Made by a program: the position numbers and the translations under genes. This document shows, in pieces, positions 1-8,410 of a DNA stretch of 64,000 nt (positions are counted from its first letter, which is position 1; the number at the start of each line of letters is the position of its first letter). The notes beneath the pieces were generated by a model, which saw only the letters and a list, made by a program, of their open reading frames with translations, made no database searches and was not told the DNA's origin. Source of the DNA: an uncultured Chloroflexia bacterium (GTDB lineage: Bacteria > Chloroflexota > Limnocylindria > QHBO01); the NCBI GenBank assembly GCA_963838125.1, contig CAWIPT010000005.1:12164-76163 (forward strand), written 5' to 3'.

Positions 1-5
1 CCAGC

Positions 6-884
6 CTACACGTCGCGCAGCTGAGGAAAGACCTCCGATCCGAGCCATTCCAGCCGGCTCGTGTCGTTCACGCCGCGGACGCTGAAGATGACGTGCTGTG
101 CACCGGCCTCGGCCAGGGCGCCCCAGCGCTCGACGATGGCCGCCGCCGGGTCGCGCTCGGGATCCACGCTCTTCAGCACGCTCCGCTCGATCTCCTCGTA
201 CGGGCGCCCCTGCCGCTCGCAGTGCTCCCGCAGGACGGCGTACTTGTGTCGCAGCCCGTCCGGGTCGCCGAACACGTTGGTGGCGTCCGCGTACTGGGCT
301 ACCAGGCGCAGCGTCTTTCGCTCTCCGCCGCCGCCGATCATGATCGGCACCCGGGGCCGGCTGATGGACTGCGGCGAGTTCAGGAGCCGGGTGGCGGTGA
401 AGTGCTTCCCCTCGTGGCGGCCCTGGCTGCCGCTCCCACCGGACCACATCTCGTGGGCCATCTGGAGGGTCTCCTCGAGCATCTCGAACCGCTCGCGCAG
501 CGGCGGGAACGGCCAGCCGAGCGCCATGGACTCGGCCTCGTTCCACGCCGCACCGATGCCGAACCAGGCCCGTCCCCCGGACAGGACGTCGAGGGTGGTG
601 GTGGCCTTGATCCATACCCCCGGCGGGCGGTAGTGGATGCCGCCGACCATCAGGCCCAAGCGAGCCCGCTCGGAGTGGGCGGCCATGAAGCCCAGGGCGG
701 TCTGGCCCTCGAGCATCGGCGCCTCCGGCGGTCCGACGCCGCGGATCTGGAAGAAGTGGTCCATGACCCAGATCGAGTCGAACCCGACCTCGTCCGCGGT
801 GCTCACCACGCGGGCCAGGGTGGGACCGATGGCGTCTGCGCCGCCCGGCCAGGTGAACGAGGTGATCTGAAGTCCGAACTTCAC
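6..884 (-). CDS. LLM-class (luciferase-like) F420-dependent oxidoreductase
   Basis: 292-aa ORF, complete. Motifs FDSIWVMDHF, GRAWFGIGAAWNE and IMIGGGGERKTLRL are typical of luciferase-like TIM-barrel flavin/F420 oxidoreductases. Confidence 0.8.
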   Translation of the reverse strand: MKFGLQITSFTWPGGADAIGPTLARVVSTADEVGFDSIWVMDHFFQIRGVGPPEAPMLEGQTALGFMAAHSERARLGLMVGGIHYRPPGVWIKATTTLDVLSGGRAWFGIGAAWNEAESMALGWPFPPLRERFEMLEETLQMAHEMWSGGSGSQGRHEGKHFTATRLLNSPQSISRPRVPIMIGGGGERKTLRLVAQYADATNVFGDPDGLRHKYAVLREHCERQGRPYEEIERSVLKSVDPERDPAAAIVERWGALAEAGAQHVIFSVRGVNDTSRLEWLGSEVFPQLRDV

Positions 885-947
885 AGTTCATTCGCCGATT
901 GGCATGATGGGGAACTGCACGGACGAGGGGAGCGTCACTTGCACGGG

Positions 948-1737
948 ATGACCATCTCACGAATGTGTTCTGCTGCGCTGCTGGTCGTACTCACGGCGGC
1001 GTGCGGCATCGTGCCCGGCCTCGGCGGCAATCCGGTCCTCGCGGGTCGCGACTTCGTCTCCGCGTCGGTCACGGTCGGCGGCGTGGATTTCGCGCTGGTG
1101 GACGGCACCCAGATCCGGATCGGATTCTCGGCCGAGGGGATGATGACCGCCAACGCCGGGTGCAACCATTTCGGCGCGATGTACCGCATCGACGGCGGCG
1201 TGCTCGCGATCACCGAGGGGGCCATGACCGAGATGGCCTGCCAGCCGGACCTCGAGGAGCAGGACCAGTGGCTCTTCGGCTTCCTGGGCTCCCAGCCGCT
1301 CATCAGCACGGAGGGTGACGAGCTCGTCCTCGAGGACGACGAGACGATCATCACCCTCCTCGACCGCGAGGTCGCGGAGCCGGACCTGCCGCTCGTTGGC
1401 CCGGTCTGGACGGTCACCGCCCTCGTTCAGCGGCGACGCCGTGTCGAGCGTTCCCGAGGGTGTCACGGCCACGATCGTGTTCACCGAGGACGGGCTGGTC
1501 ATGGTGAACACCGGCTGCAACTCGGGGAATGGCGCGGCGGACATCCGGCAGGTCACCATCCGCTTCGGGGACATCGCCCTGACCCGGATGGCGTGCGAGG
1601 GCGCGCCGGCACAGATGGAAGCCGCGATCCTCCGGGTCCTGCGCGCCGACGTCGTCGGCTACACCGTGGACGCGAGCATGCTCGAGCTCAGTATCGCGGG
1701 GTACGGACTCCAGCTCAGCGGGAGCGCCCTGCTCTAG
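948..1737 (+). CDS. META-domain (HslJ-like) lipoprotein with two META domains; frameshifted near 1428 as sequenced
   Basis: Lipobox-like signal MTISRMCSAALLVVLTAACG. First META domain (MMTANAGCNHFGAMYRIDGGVLAI..MTEMAC) is in the frame of ORF 93..1781. Second META domain (VMVNTGCNSGNGAA..IALTRMAC) is in ORF 1315..1737. The frames join at ...VWTVTALV|SGDAVSSVPEG. Confidence 0.7.
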
Positions 1738-1764
1738 ACCGCCGCCCCAGCGCGCGGGGCCGGT

Positions 1765-2067
1765 TCAGGGCTCGACGGTGACCCCGTTCCAGAACGCGAC
1801 AAAGCCTTCGATATGGCTCGCTTTGTCCGAAGCCTCGGGGTAGTACCAGGCGGCGTCGGGATTCTCGGCGCCCTCCACGACCAGGGTGTAGTAGCTCGCG
1901 GTTCCCTTCCACCAGCACACGGTGTGGGTGTCGCTGGGCTTCAGGAACTCGGACCGGACGGTCTCGGGCGGGAAGTAGACGTTGCCTTCCACGACCTCAT
2001 ACCGGTCGCTCTCGGCGATGACCGTGCCGTTCCATGTCGCTCGGGCCATGCCCAAGGGTAGCGCCAC
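1765..2067 (-). CDS. DUF427 domain protein
   Basis: 100-aa ORF. MARATWNGTVIAESD..VEGNVYFP..CWWKGTASYY..AWYYP is the DUF427 pattern. The true start may be the internal ATG at 2049. Confidence 0.75.
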   Translation of the reverse strand: MALPLGMARATWNGTVIAESDRYEVVEGNVYFPPETVRSEFLKPSDTHTVCWWKGTASYYTLVVEGAENPDAAWYYPEASDKASHIEGFVAFWNGVTVEP

Positions 2068-2129
2068 AACTGAGAACGGGGTACGGAACGAATCCGTACC
2101 CCGTCCGTCGCATCGGTCTGAAAACCTGG

Positions 2130-3506
2130 TCAGACGGCGACGGCTTCGGCCTCCGCCTCAGCCCCGGCGGGGAGCGGCTCGTACTCGACATCGGTCAGCT
2201 GGCCGGCCAGGTATTGGTCGTACGCTGCCATGTCGAAGTAGCCGTGGCCGGAGAGGTTGAACAGGATCACTCGCGACTCCCCCGCCTCGCGGGCTTCGAG
2301 CGCCTCGTCGATGGCCGCGCGGATGGCGTGGCTGGACTCCGGCGCGGGGATGATCCCCTCGGTCCGCGCGAACTGGATGGCGGCCGCGAAGCACGTGTTC
2401 TGGCCGTAGGCCCGCGCCTCGAGGAACCCCAGCTCGTAGAGGTGCGAGACCAGCGGCGCCATGCCGTGGTAGCGCAGCCCGCCGGCATGGATCGGTGCCG
2501 GGCGGAAGTCGTGGCCCAGGGTGTGCATCTTCAGCAGCGGGGTCATCCCCACCGTATCGCCGAAGTCATACCGATACTCGCCTCGGGTCAGGCTCGGGCA
2601 GGACGCCGGCTCCACCGCCAGGAAGCGCATGGACGAGCGGCCCTCGAGCTTCTCGCGCAGGAACGGGAAGGCGATGCCCGAGAAGTTCGAGCCCCCGCCC
2701 GCGCAGCCGATGACGACGTCGGGCACATCGCCCGCCAGCTCCATCTGCTTGATCGCCTCCTGACCGATGACCGTCTGGTGGAGGAGGACATGGTTCAACG
2801 CGCTGCCGATCGAGTACTTCGTGTCCTCGCGGCCGGCGGCCTCCTCGATGGCCTCGCTGATGGCGATGCCCAGGCTACCGGTCGAGTCCGGGTCGGCGGC
2901 CAGGATCTGCCGGCCGGCGTTGGTCTGGGTCGAGGGCGAGGCCACGACCTCGGCGCCGAAGGTCTCGATGAAGCTCCGTCGGAACGGCTTCTGCTCGTAC
3001 GAGACCTTGACCATATACACCTTGGTCTCGATCCCGAACAGCGCTCCGGCGAAGGCCAGGGCGCTCCCCCACTGGCCCGCTCCGGTCTCGGTGGTCAGGC
3101 GGCGTACCCCTTCGGCCTGGTTGTAGTAGGCCTGTGCCACGGCCGTGTTCGGCTTGTGCGAGCCGGCCGGCGAGACGCCCTCGTACTTGTAATAGATTCG
3201 AGCCGGGGTATCGAGCGCCCGCTCCAGGCCCAGTGCCCGGATCAGCGGGGAGGGGCGGTAGATGCGGTACACCTCCCGCACCGGCTCCGGGATCTCGATG
3301 AACCGCTCGACGCTGACTTCCTGCTTGATGAGCTCCATCGGGAACAGGGGCGCGAGCATCTCCGGACCGATGGGCTCCCTGGTGCCCGGATGGAGGGGCG
3401 GGGGCAGCGGCTCGGGTAAGTCGGCTGCGATGTTGTAGTAGTGCGTCGGCAGCTCGCTGTCGGGGAGCATGAACCGGCGCTGGGTCTCCGTCGCTGCGGT
3501 GGCCAT
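2130..3506 (-). CDS. trpB: TrpB-like PLP-dependent enzyme (tryptophan synthase beta chain 2, TrpB2 type)
   Basis: Contains GSHKPNTA (PLP lysine), [10 protein letters not shown] and GCAGGGSNF. The long N-terminal extension is typical of TrpB2. Start chosen at ATG 3506 (MATAATETQ), with GGAGG 8 nt upstream. No trpA is adjacent. Confidence 0.85.
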   Translation of the reverse strand: MATAATETQRRFMLPDSELPTHYYNIAADLPEPLPPPLHPGTREPIGPEMLAPLFPMELIKQEVSVERFIEIPEPVREVYRIYRPSPLIRALGLERALDTPARIYYKYEGVSPAGSHKPNTAVAQAYYNQAEGVRRLTTETGAGQWGSALAFAGALFGIETKVYMVKVSYEQKPFRRSFIETFGAEVVASPSTQTNAGRQILAADPDSTGSLGIAISEAIEEAAGREDTKYSIGSALNHVLLHQTVIGQEAIKQMELAGDVPDVVIGCAGGGSNFSGIAFPFLREKLEGRSSMRFLAVEPASCPSLTRGEYRYDFGDTVGMTPLLKMHTLGHDFRPAPIHAGGLRYHGMAPLVSHLYELGFLEARAYGQNTCFAAAIQFARTEGIIPAPESSHAIRAAIDEALEAREAGESRVILFNLSGHGYFDMAAYDQYLAGQLTDVEYEPLPAGAEAEAEAVAV

Positions 3507-3830
3507 TGGTGGAACCTCCAGAGAACAACATGACCCCTCCGTCCCAAAGGACGAGGGGGTCTCCCGTGGTGCCACCTTTGTTCCCCGGTGTTCTCGACCG
3601 GGCTCATTCGGCCACGGCGTCGGTTCCCCGCCGCGATGACCTCGGCTTCGCTATCGGTGCCTCTCCGCCGATGACTATTGGCGCCCGACCGATGTCCTCG
3701 GTCTGAGGCGGGTTCGTCCTCGGAGCTCACGGGTCCATTCGTCGGTCACGTTGCCGCCGGGGTCTCACTGCTCCCGGCTCCCTGGAGGCCCGCTTGACCG
3801 GGTACTCGTCCCGATCGTCGCCCTCTTCAA
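3507..3830 (-). promoter_or_regulatory. T-box riboswitch leader, Trp (UGG) specifier, controlling trpB2
   Basis: Read on the minus strand: stem-I base GGCGACGAUCGGGACGAGUACC (GA/K-turn-like, 3823-3801); AGGGAG (3783-3778); specifier context ACGAA-UGG-A (UGG is the complement of 3735-3737); T-box core AAAGGUGGCACCACGGGAG (3579-3561), with UGGC complementary to the GCCA 3' end of tRNA-Trp. A 13-bp hairpin (3561-3532) precedes the SD GGAGG (3519-3515) and the ATG at 3506. Confidence 0.8.
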
Positions 3831-3993
3831 CTGTGAGCGGCACGCTACGCCGCGCGCTTCGCGGCTGTCAACCGCCACGCACGAACTGTTGCGCCGTTGT
3901 CACGCCCACCCGGTCGCCCCGTAACGGTCCGGATGGCCGCGATCGGGGACGATGGCGGGACCTGTGCAGCCGAATTGGCTGAGGAGGAACGTC

Positions 3994-4392
3994 ATGACCC
4001 GCGAAGAACACCGGACCATCGTGACCCAGGACCCGCTGCGGGCCTCGGCGCCGGTGGCTTCGGAAACGCATCACACGGTAGAGACCGTACCGAGCGGCGG
4101 CGAGATGGCACGCCGGATCGTCGTCTTGGTATTCGGGATCATCCAGGTCCTGATCGTGATGCGCGTCGTATTGCTGCTGATCGACGCCCAGGAGAGCAAC
4201 GCGCTCGTCTCGGGCATCTACGCCTTCAGCCAGCTCTTCGTCGCACCATTCGAGGGGGTGCTCGGCACCGACGCCCTGGCCGCCAGCGGCTCGATCCTCG
4301 ATCTGGCCGCCCTGGTCGCCCTCGCCGGTTGGAGCCTCCTGGAGATGATCATACTGTGGTCGGTAAACGTCTTCCGACGCGAGCCCGCCTGA
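3994..4392 (+). CDS. YggT-family small membrane protein (paralog 1)
   Basis: MTREEHRT... start with GAGGAGGA RBS. Hydrophobic core ARRIVVLVFGIIQVLIVMRVVLLLI..SQLFVAPFEG resembles YggT/Ycf19. The upstream part of ORF 3952..4392 is unlikely to be coding. Confidence 0.6.
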   Translation: MTREEHRTIVTQDPLRASAPVASETHHTVETVPSGGEMARRIVVLVFGIIQVLIVMRVVLLLIDAQESNALVSGIYAFSQLFVAPFEGVLGTDALAASGSILDLAALVALAGWSLLEMIILWSVNVFRREPA

Positions 4393-4420
4393 CGAGCTGA
4401 GGAGGATAGAGGAGGAAGCC

Positions 4421-4819
4421 ATGACCCGTGAAGAGCACAAGACCGTGGTGACCGAGGACCCGGTCGGGGCCTCGCCGCCGGTGGCCTCGCAGACCACTCA
4501 CACCGTAGAGACGCGACCGAGTGGCGGCGAAACGGCCCGCCGGGTCGTCGTCCTGATCTTCGGGATCATCCAGATCCTGATCGTGGCGCGAATCGTGCTG
4601 TTGCTGATCGACGCCCAGGAGAGCAACGGGCTCGTCTCGGCGATCTACTCGTTCAGCCAGCTGTTTGTCGCACCGTTCGAAGGGGTCCTGGGGACTGATG
4701 CCCTCGCCGCCAGCGGCTCGATCCTGGATCTGGCCGCCCTGGTCGCACTCGCCGGCTGGAGCATCCTGGAAGTGATCATCCTGTGGGGGATCAACATCTT
4801 CCGACGAGAGCCCGCCTGA
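4421..4819 (+). CDS. YggT-family small membrane protein (paralog 2, tandem duplicate)
   Basis: 132 aa, roughly 85% identical to the preceding gene over its full length, with the same GAGGAGGA RBS context. Confidence 0.6.
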   Translation: MTREEHKTVVTEDPVGASPPVASQTTHTVETRPSGGETARRVVVLIFGIIQILIVARIVLLLIDAQESNGLVSAIYSFSQLFVAPFEGVLGTDALAASGSILDLAALVALAGWSILEVIILWGINIFRREPA

Positions 4820-4862
4820 TCGTCTCCCAGGCGCCCACGGTGACCGGGCCGCGCGAGGACGC

Positions 4863-5303
4863 GTGACCGCGCGTCGCTCGCGGAGGCCAACGCCGAACGG
4901 TCGCGGCTCGGGCGCGACCACCCAGGTGACAGTGTGCTACGACGGGGAGTGCCCGCTGTGTCTGGAATCGGTGGCCCGAGTCAAGGGCGTGTACCACGGG
5001 CGCAAAATCCGATGGATCCCCTACCAGGACCTGCCTAGTGACCATCCCGAACTCGCGGCGGCCATCGGCCCACGGGAGCTCAGCTCGGCACTCCACGTCA
5101 TTGAGGCCAATGGGACGACGGTGAGCTCGGGGGCGGCGGCCGTGCTGCGGATCGCGGACATCGTGCCCAGGCTGAGGATCTTCGCGCGGCTCGGCCGGCT
5201 CCCGGTCGTGAATCGGCTGGTCGAACCGATGTACGGGTTCGTCGCCCGCCATCGGCATCGGCTTAGCCGGTTGCTGGGCTCGGCAGGGTCGCTGGCAGGC
5301 TGA
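4863..5303 (+). CDS. DCC-family thiol-disulfide oxidoreductase (DUF393)
   Basis: VCYDGECPLCLESV (CxxC) followed by the HV..ANG....GAAAVL pattern of DCC1-like proteins. GTG start. Confidence 0.75.
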   Translation: MTARRSRRPTPNGRGSGATTQVTVCYDGECPLCLESVARVKGVYHGRKIRWIPYQDLPSDHPELAAAIGPRELSSALHVIEANGTTVSSGAAAVLRIADIVPRLRIFARLGRLPVVNRLVEPMYGFVARHRHRLSRLLGSAGSLAG

Positions 5304-6670
5304 CCTCGAAGCAGGTCAGCCCCGGTTTCGACTCGACATCGATCGTCCCGCCATGCTGGACGACGATGTTGTTGCTCAGGTGAAGCCCGAGCCCTGACCC
5401 CACCCCCGACTGGCTTGGTCGTGAAGAACGGCTCGAACAGCTTGGCCAGCGTCTCCGGCGGGATGCCGGGGCCGCTGTCGCACATCCGGACGGTCACCCC
5501 GCCGCCATCGGTCCGGGTCACGCCGATCGTGATCTCGCCGTGGCCGTTCATGGCGTCGATCGCGTTGTCCAGGATGTTCGTCCAGACCTGGTTCAGCTCG
5601 CTCCCCCAGCCCTCGATCTCGGGCAGGTCGGGGGCGTAGTCGCGGTGGACGGCAATGTCCCCGAGCTTGTGCTCGAGGATGACGAGCGTGTCATCGATCC
5701 CCTTCGTCACCGCGAAGCGCTGGACCGGCGCCTGGTCGAGGTAGGCGTAGCCCTTGGTGGCGCCGACGATGGCGCTGATCCGGCCCGATGCCATCTGGAT
5801 CTCGGCCAGCAGCTCGTGGCCGGCGGCCACGCTCGACAACCAGCTGACCGCGGCCGGGATGGCGGTCGGTTCGAGGCCGGCCAGCGCCCGGCGGAGGTCG
5901 TCCGCCGTCCAGCCGGCTGAGGTCAGGCGGCCGGCGGCGTCATCCGGCCCGTCGTCCTCGGACAGGCCGGCTGCGCGCAGCGCAGCCGCGATCTCATCGG
6001 TCCGGTCGGCCCGTGCCAGCGCGTCCAGATCCTCGCCCGCCGCCGAGGGCGTCGCCGCCACCAGGGCTGCGAGCTGGGGAACGCCCGCCGTAATGCCCAC
6101 CACCGCCGCGTTCCGCTCGGCGGTGACCTCCGCCAGCTCGTCGGCCGAGCGGCGGATGGCGGCGGCCGGGTTGTTCAGCTCATGGGCGAGACCGGCGGCC
6201 AGGGTGCCGAGCGCGGCAAGCTTCTCCCGCTGCCGGAGCGCCTCCTCGATGCCGCGCAGCCGGGAGGTCACCGTCCGCAGGAGGGCGGTGGCCACGTCCG
6301 GGTCGGCAGCCAGCATGGCGCGCACCGATTCGAAGGGCAGGCGCAGGACGTCGCACTCGCCCACGGCATAGACCGATGCCATCCGGCGGCTGCGCTCGAA
6401 GGCGGCGATCTCGCCCTGGATGGAACCGGGGCCGACCCGCGTGAGGGCGACCTCCGCCTTGCCCGACTGCTTGCGGATCTCCAGCTCACCGTTGACCACG
6501 ACGTACAGCTCCTCGGCGGGGTCGCCCTCGCGAATGAGCTGCTCACCCGGGCGGAGATGGACCGGCTCGGCCGTCTCCGCCAGCTTCTGGAGTGGCGCAT
6601 CGGGCACGTCCGCGAACAGCGGGGATGCCCGGAGCTGCTGGAGGAGACCCTCGCCCTGGTCGGTGGTCAT
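5263..6670 (-). CDS. Sensor histidine kinase with N-terminal cyclic-nucleotide-binding domain; frameshifted near 5400 as sequenced
   Basis: cNMP-binding barrel (LRPGEQLIREGDPAEELYVVVNGELEI..GEIAAFERSRRMASV), H-box LAAGLAHELNNPAAA, N-box QVWTNILDNAIDA, G1 DSGPGIP. After FFTTKPVGGG the G2 box and C-terminus (SGLGLHLSNNIVVQHGGTIDVESKPGLTCFEVSLP) continue in another frame to a stop at 5263. The shift falls in a GGGGGTGGGG run. Confidence 0.8.
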
Positions 6671-6689
6671 TCGGAGCTCACCGGCATGC

Positions 6690-8369
6690 TCACAGCGTGG
6701 CGAGGTACTGGTGGACGAACTGGATGGCCATCGAGCCCTCGCCGACGGCGCTGGCGATCCGCTTCACCGACCGGGCCCGGGCGTCGCCGGCGGCGAAGAT
6801 CCCGGGCACGCTGGACTCGAGGAGGTACGGGTCACGATCGAGGGCCCAGCCGGCCGGGCGGGCGCCGTCGCCGGAGGCACCGGGCCCGGTCGAGATGAAG
6901 CCACCGTCGTCGCGGTTGATCTCGTCCGGGAGCCACTCGGTCCGTGGCTGCTGGCCGATGAACACGAAGAGGGCGGCCAGGGGCAGCGTTTCGTGGGTGG
7001 GCTCCGGCCCGGTGGTGCAGGTCAGCGTGGCGCTGGCCAGGTGCTCCTCCCCGGTCAGGGCGGTGGCCTGGGTCTGGTAGCGGACCTCGATGTTGGGCGT
7101 GGCCGCGATCTGGTCGATGAGGTACTGGCTCATGGACGACAGCTCGGTGGTGCGCACCATGAGCAGCACCCGCTCCGCGAATCGGGCCAGGTACACCGCC
7201 GCCTGGCCGGCCGAGTTGCCGCCGCCCGCCACCCCGACCTCCAGGTCGCGGTACAGGACCGCCTCGGTCACCGCCGCCCCGTAGTACACGCCGGCGCCGG
7301 CCAGCTCCGCTGCGCCGGGGATGTCGAGCTGTCGGTAGCTCACCCCGCTGGCGATCACCACCGCGTGGCAGCTGATCTCCGACCCGTCGTCCAGGCCGAC
7401 ATACCGGTACGGGTCGGCGCGACGGATGGCGGTCACCTCGCGCGGCGACAGGATCTCGGCTCCCAGCCGGCGCGCCTGGGCCAGCGCCCGGCGGGCGAGA
7501 TCGCCGCCCGACAGGCCGGCGGGAAATCCGAGGTAGTTCTCGATCCGGCTGGTGGTGCCGGCCTGCCCGCCGGGCGCCTCGCGCTCGACGAGGACCGTCT
7601 TCAGCCCCTCCGACGCCCCGTACACCGCGGCCGCCAGCCCGGACGGCCCGCCACCGACGATGACCAGGTCGTAGAACGGCAGGGCGGCCGTGGTCTGGAT
7701 TCCCACCGCATCGGCGATCTGGCGCACCGACGGGTCGCGGAGCACCGTCCCGTCCTCGAGGACGACGATCGGGACGGCGGGATCGAGCTCCGCGTCCGCC
7801 ACCCCGGCCGCCAGCGCCACCTGCCGGCCCTCGGCATCGGTCGTGGGATCGAGCCAGTGGTACGGGACCTGGTTGCGGGTCAGGTAGTCGCGGATCTCGT
7901 GGCCCCGTGCCGCCCATCGGCCGGCCAGCAGCCGAAGCCCGACGAACGGTGGCCGGTAGCCACCTGCCCAGTCGGCGAGCAGGTCGTCGAGAACCGGGTA
8001 CAGCCGCTCCTCGGGCGGATCCCAGGGCTTGAGCAGGTACTGGTCGAGCCGGATCTCGTTGATGGCCCGGATCGCGACATCGGTGTCGGCATAGGCGGTC
8101 AGCAGCACCCGGCGGGCATCAGGCTGGAGATCGATCGCTTCGGTGAGGAACTCGATGCCGGTCATGGTCGCCATCCGCTGGTCGACGACGAACAGCGCCA
8201 CCGGGTCGCCGCGGACGGTCAGCTCGCGGAGGGCATCGAGCGCATCGGCTCCGCTGGCTGCGGCCAGGATCCGGTAGTCCTTCGCGTAGCGAGTCCGCAG
8301 GTCGCGCTCGATGGCGCGGAGAACCGGGACGTCGTCATCGACGGTGACGATGGTGGGACGGCTGGCCAC
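6690..8369 (-). CDS. Fused response-regulator receiver / thioredoxin-reductase-like FAD-dependent pyridine nucleotide-disulfide oxidoreductase (no CxxC)
   Basis: N-terminal REC domain (TIVTVDDD..LFVVDQRMATMTG..LLTAYADTD..YLLKPW). C-terminal flavoprotein domain with FAD motif DLVIVGGGPSGLAAAVY, NAD(P)H motif VGVAGGGNSAGQAAVYLA and GIFAAGD. The position of the TrxR CATC motif reads YYGAAVTEA. Confidence 0.85.
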   Translation of the reverse strand: MASRPTIVTVDDDVPVLRAIERDLRTRYAKDYRILAAASGADALDALRELTVRGDPVALFVVDQRMATMTGIEFLTEAIDLQPDARRVLLTAYADTDVAIRAINEIRLDQYLLKPWDPPEERLYPVLDDLLADWAGGYRPPFVGLRLLAGRWAARGHEIRDYLTRNQVPYHWLDPTTDAEGRQVALAAGVADAELDPAVPIVVLEDGTVLRDPSVRQIADAVGIQTTAALPFYDLVIVGGGPSGLAAAVYGASEGLKTVLVEREAPGGQAGTTSRIENYLGFPAGLSGGDLARRALAQARRLGAEILSPREVTAIRRADPYRYVGLDDGSEISCHAVVIASGVSYRQLDIPGAAELAGAGVYYGAAVTEAVLYRDLEVGVAGGGNSAGQAAVYLARFAERVLLMVRTTELSSMSQYLIDQIAATPNIEVRYQTQATALTGEEHLASATLTCTTGPEPTHETLPLAALFVFIGQQPRTEWLPDEINRDDGGFISTGPGASGDGARPAGWALDRDPYLLESSVPGIFAAGDARARSVKRIASAVGEGSMAIQFVHQYLATL

Positions 8370-8410
8370 CGGGTGAGTCTAGCCTTGGAGGTCAGGCTAG
8401 GATTCGAGCG

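Noticed and set aside
2034-3419. 461-aa ORF on the plus strand
   Set aside because: It is entirely antisense to the well-supported trpB2 gene and has a low-complexity Arg/Gly/Ala-rich composition with no motifs. It is a typical shadow ORF of GC-rich DNA.
8370-8410. Imperfect inverted repeat TCTAGCCT-n8-AGGCTAGG between the divergent RR-TrxR and FAD-oxidoreductase genes
   Set aside because: It is short (7 of 8 positions match) and overlaps the likely RBS region. There is insufficient evidence for an operator, so I only note it.
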